The notes beneath the pieces are model-generated. The model had not been told where the DNA came from. It made no database searches and worked only from the letters and a program-made list of their open reading frames with translations. Made by a program: the position numbers and the translations under genes. This document shows positions 1 to 9,000 of a stretch of DNA of 64,000 bases, one piece after another (the first letter of the stretch is position 1; every line of letters begins with the position of its first letter). The stretch lies in the NCBI RefSeq assembly GCF_988242995.1, contig NZ_OZ547043.1; one strand, given 5' to 3'.

Positions 1-1962
1 GTAACCGAGCGCTGCCTGGGTGTTGCTATTATTCGGTTCCAGTTCCAGCGCGGCGCGCAAATCACTCACCGCCGCCGGGACATTATGACGTTGGCGATAA
101 ATTGTCGCCCGCGCAACGTAAGCGTTGGCAGAAGGCGCAATATTGATTGAGCGCGTGAGATCGTTCAGTGCGAGTTCCGGCTGACCAGGAATGTAACGTT
201 GCGCATGCAGCCACCAGTAGAGGGCATTGTTTCCCAGCCCACGTTGTTCTGCCTGCTGAAGCCAGCGATCGCGAGCCGCACCATTTCCTGCCGCCTGGGC
301 GGTATTGGCAGCAGCAAGCAGATCCTCATTGCTCATGTCGTGAAGACTGATTTTCTGCCAGGCCGCCAGTGCGGTGGCGTAATCCTCAACCTGATACGCC
401 TGATAGGCTACCGCACGATGTTGCCAGGCGTTCGGTTGTCGTTGTTCGGCCTGAAGCCATGCATACAACGCCACACCGGGTAGCGTGTCCCGATAACACT
501 TTGCCAGACGGTTCCAGGCGGCGGCATCGTAGGAAGGCGACATATCGCCCAGCAAGCGAACTATTGCCGGGCAATTATCTGCAATACCCGGCAACTGACT
601 TTGCCACTGACGTTGCTCCGCCAGCGGTAAGGGTTTCGATAAAATCGCCACCTTCGCCGGCGTTGCCAGGTAAGGATGACTTTCCAGCAGAGACGCCAGT
701 CGCGCCATTAAAGTCTGGCTGACACGCGCATCGCCCTGGAAAGGATAGCGTTGCAGCAATAAATCGGCAGCTTCGCGTGACTGCTCGTTCTGCATCAGTT
801 GCCAGGTCAGTTGATCCAGGCGGGTAAGATTTTCCGGTTCTTGCTGATACAGCAATCGTGCCAGACGCAGAGCTTCAGCCTTGTTATGGGTCGCTACGCT
901 AACGGTATAACGCTCCTCAAGCATTTCATTGGCGGGGAGGGTGGCGAGCAGTTTTTGCGCTGCGTCGTACTGACCTTCTTTTAACAGCACCGGTAGCGTC
1001 GCGCCAACAACATACTGGCGGTTGTCAGCAAACTGTACCGTATAATTCGCCAACGCCTGAACGGGGTTGCCGCTGTATTTAGATAACAGATAGAGCCAAC
1101 TTTTCTCTTGTGCGTCCGTGGTAAATAGCGGCGTATTTTCAATGAGATAACGCTGGAGGCGTGCTTTTTCGTCACGATAAGCCAGCGCGGTCGCGTAAGT
1201 AATATATGACTGCGGATCGGTGAAGATCCCCTGTGATTGCAGCGCCAGGATCCGATCGTCCAGCTGCCCGGCAAGAAGCACATCAAACCACTGGCGGCGT
1301 TCTGCCGCGCTTAATGTGTTCTGCTGGCGTGCTTCATTGTATAGCGTATCTGCCTGGGACCATTGCTTCAGGTAGATTGCCCGTTGCAGCAGATCGGTTC
1401 GCAGCGTTTTTCCTTCCGGCGATGCAGCAAACGTCGCATCGTTCAGTTGCGCTCTGGCGACAGGTAATTGTGCCAGCCGCAGGGCATTCTGCCCAACTTC
1501 ACTGCGACAACGCAGGGTCGGCGCAGCATCGCACGCTTTTTGCTGGGCAAGCAGTTCTTCAACAGTCGTAACGCTTTTCACTTCAACTGGAATAGCCGCC
1601 AGACTGCGCTCAAGTCGGGCATCTCCTGGGTGACGTTTCAGTTGATCCTCAAGCAACAGCCGCGCCCGGTCATCATGACCAAAATGGCGATAGGCTTCCG
1701 CAAGGTATAAAGTTAGCGGAATATTATCCGGCACCTGCTGGTGTATATATTCAAATTCGCGGATGGCGGTTGCTTCGTCGTTATTTTTCTGTGCCTTCAG
1801 CGCCTTGTCGAGACGGGGATAAATAACAAAATGGCGATAATCGCTCAGCCCCAGCTCTTCTGCGCTGGTGCCGATATTGTCTGCGAGTGCGCTGGTACTC
1901 AATAAAGACGTCAGCAGTAAACCAGACCATCCGATGACGCGATTAAGGTTATTCTCCTTCAT
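1..1962 (-). CDS. nfrA: Bacteriophage N4 adsorption protein A (NfrA), TPR outer-membrane protein; N-terminal ~654 codons only, 3' end lies beyond window start
   Basis: Minus-strand ATG at 1960-1962 preceded by AAGGAGAA-type RBS, translating MKENN...; overlaps nfrB stop by 14 bp as in K-12. Not in ORF track because no stop inside window. Confidence 0.85.
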   Translation of the reverse strand, partial: MKENNLNRVIGWSGLLLTSLLSTSALADNIGTSAEELGLSDYRHFVIYPRLDKALKAQKNNDEATAIREFEYIHQQVPDNIPLTLYLAEAYRHFGHDDRARLLLEDQLKRHPGDARLERSLAAIPVEVKSVTTVEELLAQQKACDAAPTLRCRSEVGQNALRLAQLPVARAQLNDATFAASPEGKTLRTDLLQRAIYLKQWSQADTLYNEARQQNTLSAAERRQWFDVLLAGQLDDRILALQSQGIFTDPQSYITYATALAYRDEKARLQRYLIENTPLFTTDAQEKSWLYLLSKYSGNPVQALANYTVQFADNRQYVVGATLPVLLKEGQYDAAQKLLATLPANEMLEERYTVSVATHNKAEALRLARLLYQQEPENLTRLDQLTWQLMQNEQSREAADLLLQRYPFQGDARVSQTLMARLASLLESHPYLATPAKVAILSKPLPLAEQRQWQSQLPGIADNCPAIVRLLGDMSPSYDAAAWNRLAKCYRDTLPGVALYAWLQAEQRQPNAWQHRAVAYQAYQVEDYATALAAWQKISLHDMSNEDLLAAANTAQAAGNGAARDRWLQQAEQRGLGNNALYWWLHAQRYIPGQPELALNDLTRSINIAPSANAYVARATIYRQRHNVPAAVSDLRAALELEPNNSNTQAALGY

Positions 1963-4186
1963 TTTCGGACTCCAGTTGCGCAACCTGTTCTGTGTTTAAA
2001 CCTGCTTTGAGTAATAGTGATTGCATCGAAACTTGTAATTCGCGTTGAATTGTCAGGACGCGATCCAACGTTTCCTGGCTGATAACGCCTTCGGTGACCA
2101 AAAACTTGCCGAGCGGCAGAGAACTACGTTCATGGCGCAATAACAACACGTTAATTGCTGAACGATTAATATGACCGAGTGTGGTCAGTATTTCGGCGAA
2201 CAGGAACTGATGCGGCACATATTGCCGCCAGATTTCACCGGCCTGCTGTTCCGTGAGCCACTGATGCTGAACCGCATTGTACAACATTGCCCGCGGATCG
2301 TGACCGCGTCGGCGCGCATACCAGTGGCGTAACCCCGTGACAATTTGTCCCCGCAGAACAATGACGTAACGCACTTTGCGTCCGACTTTACGCGTCAGGG
2401 CCGCCAGCGAAACCGGGTCAATACCATCTTCACTGCCGACAATTAACTCATCATTTTCCAGACGCAGCGGCAGTACTGCATAATGCAGCGCCACGGAGGC
2501 CGGCATTTCGGCAATCAGTGATGAAGGGATCTGCCAGGCGTCGATCGACTCCCACGCCACGCCGTTTTGCTCTGCCAGCGCCTGTGCCAGCTGTTCGGCG
2601 CTAATCAGCCCCTGCATCAGCATTGAACCGCCCAGGCGTAGACCTTCGACGCGATTACGCAGTGCTGTATCGAGTTGTTCTTCAGTGATGACCTGATTTT
2701 CCAGCAGGATTTGACCTAACGGACGCAACGAGCGGGTATCGCCAGTCACGCTGGGGAAGTCATGCGTTGTTTTATCCCACGCGACACGACGTGGATCGCC
2801 GTGTTGAAGTACCTGTTTTAACGCGCGCCAGTTGGCCATGAAGTTAATCAGGTTGCCCCAGAAAAGACGCAGGACAGATAGCAGCCCCTGCGTCAGGCCG
2901 TAGTAGCCAGTAACGAAAATCACCCGCTGCACGATGCGGTTAATCATCAAGCCAAAGTTTAGCCACAGCAGAGTCATTAACCATGCGCTGCCGCTGAAAA
3001 TAGAAAGGAAATGCCAGGCATCGGGCCACAAACTTTCATACGCCAGCAACAGCAAAAGCTGGATCATCACCAGCATCGCGAGGAAGCTGACAAAGTTACT
3101 GATTGCCCCTTTGCGGTCGCGCCAGAGAAAGTAGTTCAGCGTCAGGCTGGAGGTCCATTTGTGGGTTTTAAAGCCCTGGAAAACAATGCCGATGATCCAG
3201 CGAGATTTTTGTCGAACCGCAGTCGAAAAGGTATCGGGGAAATATTCGCGCACGCAGATCATGTTTGACGTCCGCGCGTGCTGTAAAAATTTACGCTGCT
3301 CGCGTTCTTTGGCTTCGTCCACCACCGGAAAACGGACAAAAATTTCCGTCATACCTTTTTCTTTCAGGCGGAAACCAATGTCGTAATCTTCAGTAAGACT
3401 CTGCACGTCGAAAGCAATACCGTCACCGTCAGCTAACAGTGCGGTCACGGCGCGGCGGCTGAAACAGGTGCCGACGCCTGCGCTGGGCACTTGTCCGGCG
3501 AGGGCTTCACGCACCGGAACATCTTTGCCATGCAGTTCTGAAAACTCATCAATGTAAGTCATGCTGGTGAAGTGCGTCCATTCGCGTTCGAACGGATACA
3601 CCGGGATCTGAATCAGATCTTTACGCTCGACCAGATAGTTGAACAGACGCAATTCCATCGGTGAAATTACGTCTTCGGCGTCATGCAGAATAAAACCAGC
3701 AAAAGCGAAATTGGCGCTACGCTCAAACTGGGTGATGGCGTCCAGCACGTTGTTCAGGCAGTCGGCTTTGCTGGTGGGGCCAGGACGCGCGCAGACTACC
3801 TTATGCACATTCGGGAAGCGAGCGCACACTTCGTCAACATCACGCTGAGTATCGGGGTCGTTGGGGTAGGTGCCAACAAAGATATGATAGTTTTCATAGT
3901 CGAGCGTGGTCGCCGCCAGCTCGGCCATATTGCCGATGACGCCCGTTTCATTCCACGCCGGAACCATAATCGCTAACGGTTTTTCATCTGGTTTATACAG
4001 TTCGCGGTAACTCATTCGCGGGTAGCGGCGATAAACACTCAACTTGCGTTTAATGCGGCGTACCCAGTAGACGACATCAATAAAAAAATCGTCCAGCCCG
4101 CTGATGAACATGATGACCGCTAACGTTATCGCGATTACTTTTAAGCCGTAGAGCCAGGTAGCAAAAACATCAAGAAGCCAGTCCAC
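1949..4186 (-). CDS. nfrB: Bacteriophage N4 adsorption protein B (NfrB), inner-membrane glycosyltransferase, 745 aa
   Basis: ORF track 745 aa, MDWLLDVFATWLYGLK..., full-length match to remembered NfrB; GTG start. Confidence 0.95.
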   Translation of the reverse strand: MDWLLDVFATWLYGLKVIAITLAVIMFISGLDDFFIDVVYWVRRIKRKLSVYRRYPRMSYRELYKPDEKPLAIMVPAWNETGVIGNMAELAATTLDYENYHIFVGTYPNDPDTQRDVDEVCARFPNVHKVVCARPGPTSKADCLNNVLDAITQFERSANFAFAGFILHDAEDVISPMELRLFNYLVERKDLIQIPVYPFEREWTHFTSMTYIDEFSELHGKDVPVREALAGQVPSAGVGTCFSRRAVTALLADGDGIAFDVQSLTEDYDIGFRLKEKGMTEIFVRFPVVDEAKEREQRKFLQHARTSNMICVREYFPDTFSTAVRQKSRWIIGIVFQGFKTHKWTSSLTLNYFLWRDRKGAISNFVSFLAMLVMIQLLLLLAYESLWPDAWHFLSIFSGSAWLMTLLWLNFGLMINRIVQRVIFVTGYYGLTQGLLSVLRLFWGNLINFMANWRALKQVLQHGDPRRVAWDKTTHDFPSVTGDTRSLRPLGQILLENQVITEEQLDTALRNRVEGLRLGGSMLMQGLISAEQLAQALAEQNGVAWESIDAWQIPSSLIAEMPASVALHYAVLPLRLENDELIVGSEDGIDPVSLAALTRKVGRKVRYVIVLRGQIVTGLRHWYARRRGHDPRAMLYNAVQHQWLTEQQAGEIWRQYVPHQFLFAEILTTLGHINRSAINVLLLRHERSSLPLGKFLVTEGVISQETLDRVLTIQRELQVSMQSLLLKAGLNTEQVAQLESENEGE

Positions 4187-4373
4187 ACAAAAACCTTACA
4201 TTAACGCTGGTTATGTTTAGGGTGGCGTATATTAAGGTTTTTTATGAATTGTGACAGCTTTTTACCATTAATAGGTATGACTATTGCGGCACGTTATTTT
4301 TACACTGGTTATAAAAGTTGCCGTTTGCGTAGAATGTAGACAAAAGCGTGGTGTCAAGGAGGGGAGGTTAACG

Positions 4374-5663
4374 CAGGGCAAGATTACGAAAGCCCGCTCC
4401 CCGCAAGGACTGACGCGAGATAGTTTCTGCCCATGGCTGCTTTTCGCATCTTACGTCTTAACCCTGCCTTGAATATCTTATCATTCGTTAAAATATTAAT
4501 AGCGATGTGCCGTATCCCTGAATATAATTCTGCGGCGTTTCCTCTTCTTATTTTGCAGTCGTCTTCATTCATTACCACGTCCAGACGCCAGTGCAGCTTA
4601 TTCTCCACGTGCCAGTGGTTTCGGATTGCTGTGGCGAACTTCTCTGCGGTTAAATCAGCAGAACTGATATAATATCTGACCGTCATTTCTGGCTCTTTCT
4701 TTTGTTCTGCTATTATTGACCGAAAGGAGACTGCCACACATAATTTCTTCAGTCCTTTCCATTCAAACGTGAAATCAATAAGTTCATCAGGGACATCGCA
4801 AACAATATGAAGACGGATTTCTTCTCTGCCGTGACTCTTTTCACTAATGGCGTAACTGTCATGCTCTGGATTATTTAATTCTTTCAGTGGAAATTTTTCC
4901 TCAAAGGCTTTATTAAGCCGCCCCTGGTTTCCTTTTACAGCGAATAAATAATCACCGCCCTGTTTTTGTATCTTCTCTGCAATATCTTTCTGGCAACCCA
5001 TCGCATCAGTTGTGATGATTTTTCCTTTAATATACAGCATGTTAAGAAGTTCTGGGATAGCTGTAATCTCATTAGATTTCTCATCCGTTCTGATCTGTCC
5101 GATGACCAGACTGTGCATTGTTGAGAACGCACTAATGACATGAATCGCTCCCCTGCGGCGACTCTTGTCATAAGAATGCCGGAGTGTTTTTCCATCGATT
5201 GCAATAACGTCTTTATCATCTGAAGTATGGCAATCTCGCATCCAGTTAATAAAGCACTCGTGAAATTTTGAAGGACTGATACAGGATACAACTCTGGCGA
5301 TGGTATCGTGAACAGGAATACCATTTTCAAAATCACCATATTGTTTTAAAAAATCGAGATGTGTTTCCCCAAAATCCTCTATATCTTCCCAACCTTCTGC
5401 ACCAGAAATAACGGCACAAATAGTCAACAGTAGAATATCCGATAATTTATGTTCCACTTTCCAGGCTTGTCTGTAATCGGGGATAATAGAAATATGCTCC
5501 ATCAATTTTTTAAGTTCCATTTTGTTCTCCTTAATTATGTAAGGAGTATTTGATCATGTATAAGCAATAAAAACAGCTTTAGGTAATGAGGAATATCTCA
5601 ATTTTTAAACATAAAATGCGAATTATTTAGTACAAAAAAGCAGCGTTACGTGATCTTTCCCTG
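4374..5663 (-). mobile_element. ISAs1-family insertion sequence (H-repeat / ISEc1-like), ~1.29 kb
   Basis: Contains H-repeat transposase ORF; imperfect terminal inverted repeats beginning CAGGG (left CAGGGCAAGATTACG near 4374, right ...ATCTTTCCCTG ending near 5663). Boundaries approximate. Confidence 0.6.
4384..5520 (-). CDS. ISAs1-family transposase (H-repeat-associated protein, YhhI-like), 378 aa
   Basis: ORF track [32 protein letters not shown]..., characteristic of Rhs-associated H-rpt proteins; strong AAGGAGA RBS upstream. Confidence 0.9.
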   Translation of the reverse strand: MELKKLMEHISIIPDYRQAWKVEHKLSDILLLTICAVISGAEGWEDIEDFGETHLDFLKQYGDFENGIPVHDTIARVVSCISPSKFHECFINWMRDCHTSDDKDVIAIDGKTLRHSYDKSRRRGAIHVISAFSTMHSLVIGQIRTDEKSNEITAIPELLNMLYIKGKIITTDAMGCQKDIAEKIQKQGGDYLFAVKGNQGRLNKAFEEKFPLKELNNPEHDSYAISEKSHGREEIRLHIVCDVPDELIDFTFEWKGLKKLCVAVSFRSIIAEQKKEPEMTVRYYISSADLTAEKFATAIRNHWHVENKLHWRLDVVMNEDDCKIRRGNAAELYSGIRHIAINILTNDKIFKAGLRRKMRKAAMGRNYLASVLAGSGLS

Positions 5664-5743
5664 GTGTACTTCTGATGATCTTTCCCTGGGTTAAACAGGT
5701 GGTGAAGGGAATGAAGAATGGGATATCCGGCGTATTACGCGAG

Positions 5744-5780
5744 GTATAAAAATAAAAGCCGGGAGATTGTCACTCCCGGC
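5744..5780 (-). terminator. Rho-independent terminator downstream of the Rhs immunity gene (hairpin GCCGGGAGATTGTCACTCCCGGC flanked by T-runs on both strands)
   Basis: Perfect GC-rich inverted repeat at ~5758-5780 with T-run on the minus strand immediately after. Confidence 0.5.
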
Positions 5781-5786
5781 AACATA

Positions 5787-6068
5787 TTATTTTTTTATTT
5801 CATTATATCTGATAAAAAAAGTATTTAGTGCATCATGTTCATCTTGTGAGAACAATAAAATAATTTTATCCCATGAATGTCCTGTTACTCCATAATAGTC
5901 TTCAATATAAGATTGAAGCCTTATTAATATCTCAATATTGACGATTTCTTTTGGCTCTCTCATTTGCCATCCATCCAGGAAAGCTTTTAACGCCGATATG
6001 GTATGCCTGCTTAAATATAAAGCTGGTCTTTTTTCTATCATATCAATCAGTTTAACAATATCATTCAT
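5787..6068 (-). CDS. Putative Rhs immunity protein (RhsI-like), 93 aa, no recognised family
   Basis: Small ORF starting 2 bp after the rhs stop, AT-rich like the rhs 3' toxin-encoding end; this position is canonical for the cognate immunity gene. Function by position only. Confidence 0.55.
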   Translation of the reverse strand: MNDIVKLIDMIEKRPALYLSRHTISALKAFLDGWQMREPKEIVNIEILIRLQSYIEDYYGVTGHSWDKIILLFSQDEHDALNTFFIRYNEIKK

Positions 6069-6070
6069 AA

Positions 6071-9000
6071 TTAAAACCTTGATGGAGTAATGGTGTATTC
6101 GCCAGGAGAGTATATATCATTCAGCCAATCTTCATACTTTATACCAGAAGGATTCATATTATCAAAAACTGTATCACCTACTTTTATTGCTTCATGATGA
6201 CCATTAGTTGCTATATTTTTACCTATTCTATCACTCCATATATTGCCAAAGGCGCCTTGTTTATTTTTAGTTTCGAGTATGAGATGCTCACCATTTACCC
6301 CAGCTTGTTGCATTTTACTTTTTAACGCTGCGGCAAATTTATCGCATTGAAAAAGCTGTTTAAACTTATCACTTATTGTTGTTGCAAGATCCCTTGTTTT
6401 TGCGATATCGCAAATGGTTAATCCTAATGGATCAATATAACCAAGGGGATTATGAACATATGCATAATTGTTTATCCCGCCTCTCAGCCCTATCGGATCA
6501 CTCACCAGGTACATCCCGGTTTCCGGCTCGTAATACCGGAACCGGTTATAGCACAGCCCGGATTCCGCATCCTGCCACTGTCCTGCATACAGCAGGCCGG
6601 GGTCGGCTTCCGGGTCCAGCTCCCCACGCGGGTCCGGGTAGCCGGTGTCTGCGGGCAGGCTGAGTGCCAGCCCCCACAGGCTGGTCTGTCCCGGTCGCCA
6701 GACGGTTTTACCTTCACTGTTAAAGAGCATCAGCGGCCGGCCCGTCAGGTCGCTCACCGCATGATTCGTCCGCGTCACCCACTGCGGGGCCACGGACGGA
6801 TGCGCCTGCCGTACCCGGCTGCACTGCTGGCTTATCAGCTCAAAGCCGTTAAACACCAGGTGCCGCACACTGTACAGTTTATCATCGCGGTATTCCCGGA
6901 TTTCCGCAATACTGTCGCCATCCCACAGGTACGTAAAACGGATTTTCTTCCGGTCGCAGCGTTTCTCTGTTCGTCTGCCGCTGGCATCGTGGCGGTATTC
7001 CCACTGTTCACCCTGTGCGCTGCAATACCCGGTCAGCTGGTCCCGGCTGTCCCACCGGAACCGCTCTGTTTCCGGGCGGTAACCGTCACGGTGTCTGGTG
7101 CGGCTGACCATCCGGCCTGCGGCGTCATAGTCATACTGCGTGTTTCCGGCCTGTTTCAGCCGGTGGCCTCCGGCATACTGGTCAGTCTCTTCACTTATCC
7201 GGTGCCTGCCCGCAGACTGCGCCTTCAGGTAGCCGCAGCTGTCATAGCCATAAGTCTCATCGCCTTCGCCATAGCCCAGCCCGGTGCCTGAGGCTGTCAC
7301 CGCCGTGACCTGGCCGTTCCGGTCCAGCCGGTACTCCCGCCGTGTTTCCCGTCCGTAGTCTTCCCGGCTGGTGACAGCCGACACATTACCCGCGCTGTCG
7401 TAACGGTACTCCCGCACCAGTGAGGGGAGCAGCCCGCCCCATGTGGCTTCCGCCGGGAAAAATCCGGCGCGCTGGCTGACAGCCTGACCGGCTGCATTCC
7501 AGCCCTGCTCACAGGCAAAACCCCGGTTACTGTGCCGGAGCACTTCACGTCCTGCCTCATCACGGCTGAACGTCAGCGTCTCATCCCCCGGCAGGATAAC
7601 CTCCGTCAGTTCTCCGGCGGCGTTGTAGCGGTAGGTGGTTTTCAGCAGGGATTCACCGGGGTGTCTGTCGCGTTCATCTTCCGGTGGCAGGATACAGCGG
7701 ATGACGGTGTGTTCATCGGGGTGGTGGTATTCAATGGCCCGTCGGCCCTGAGTGGTGACATTCACCCGGCCGCGTTCGTCATAGCCGGTGCGCTGTGATG
7801 TGCCGTCCGGGCTGAAGATACCCGTCAGCCTGCCGGATTTGTCATACGCATACTGCGTTTTGCCTTCCGGCGTGATGACTTCTGCCAGGCGGCCTGCGGC
7901 GTCCCGGCTGTAGAGGATAGTTTCCTCCAGGCCGTTGACCCTGGCGGTACACAGGCCATCGGCGTCATAGCGGTAACGCCAGACCACGCCGCCCCAGTCA
8001 CGCTCTTCCGTCACCCGGCCGCAGTTATCCAGAACATAAAGATATGACTCACCCTGCGGATTGATGACTTCTGTCAGTTGCAGCGTGTCTTTATCGTAGC
8101 GGTACTGCCAGCGGTGGCCTTCACCGTCCGTTCGCGCCACCGGCAAATCAAACGGGCCGTACTCCATTGTCCAGACAACGCCATTGCCGTCCGTCCAGGC
8201 CAGCAGGTTGCCGTGGCGGTCGTTGCGGAATCCTTCCGCGCCGGTTCCAGTGCGCTCAAGGCCGCTCAGTTTATGGTGCTGCTGCCACTGCAACCGCACT
8301 GACTGACCGCCGGGGCCGCGCATCTTCACCGGCAGGTCGTGACCACTGTATTTGGTGTGGTGTTCGCGGCCCATCACGTCGGTGAGTGTTTCCGGCCGGT
8401 TGTGGCGGTCGTACTCTATGCCCAGACGCCGTTCATCCTGGCGGAATATCCCCGACAGCAGCCCCTGAGCGGTGTATGCCAGCCGGGTCTCTTCGCCCTG
8501 TGGCGACACCTGACTTACCGGCAGGCCGCGTTCATCACACTGCTGTGTCCACGTCTGCCCGGCAGGGTCGGTGATGTTGCTGAGCAGGCCGCGCTCATCA
8601 TAGCGGTACAGCCACTCCGCGCCGTCTGCCGCCGTGTAACGGCTTAACTGACCGAGTGCGGCGTTGTCTTCAAATTTCTCCACCCGCCCGGCAGGGGAGT
8701 GGCGGGCCAGCAGGTGATGGAATTCATCCCATTCATACGTGGTGGTACTGCCGTCCGGCGCGTCTTCCCGCAGGATATTGCCGTCAGGATCATAGTAATA
8801 ACGGTGAATGCCCTTGCCGTCCGTCACGGTGGTGCAGCCGTCCCCATAGTCCAGCGTGGCGTTGTAATAGCCCTCCGCCCCGGTGACGGTCACGCACCGG
8901 CCCTGTGTATCGTAGGTGAAACGGCTCCACGTCTGGTCGTTATCGGACCAGCGGATGATCCGGTCCGCATCGTCGTACTCATAAAACAGGTGGTAGTCCA

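Noticed and set aside
168-1710. Plus-strand ORFs of 60-117 aa at the window start
   Set aside because: Antisense to nfrA, whose N-terminal MKENN... frame runs on the minus strand from 1962 to the window edge; no support as genes.
4187-4373. Possible small ORFs or sRNA in the nfrB upstream spacer
   Set aside because: Only one short ORF (62 aa at 4284..4472) that runs into the IS end and is antisense to the transposase 3' end; no RBS or conservation signal.
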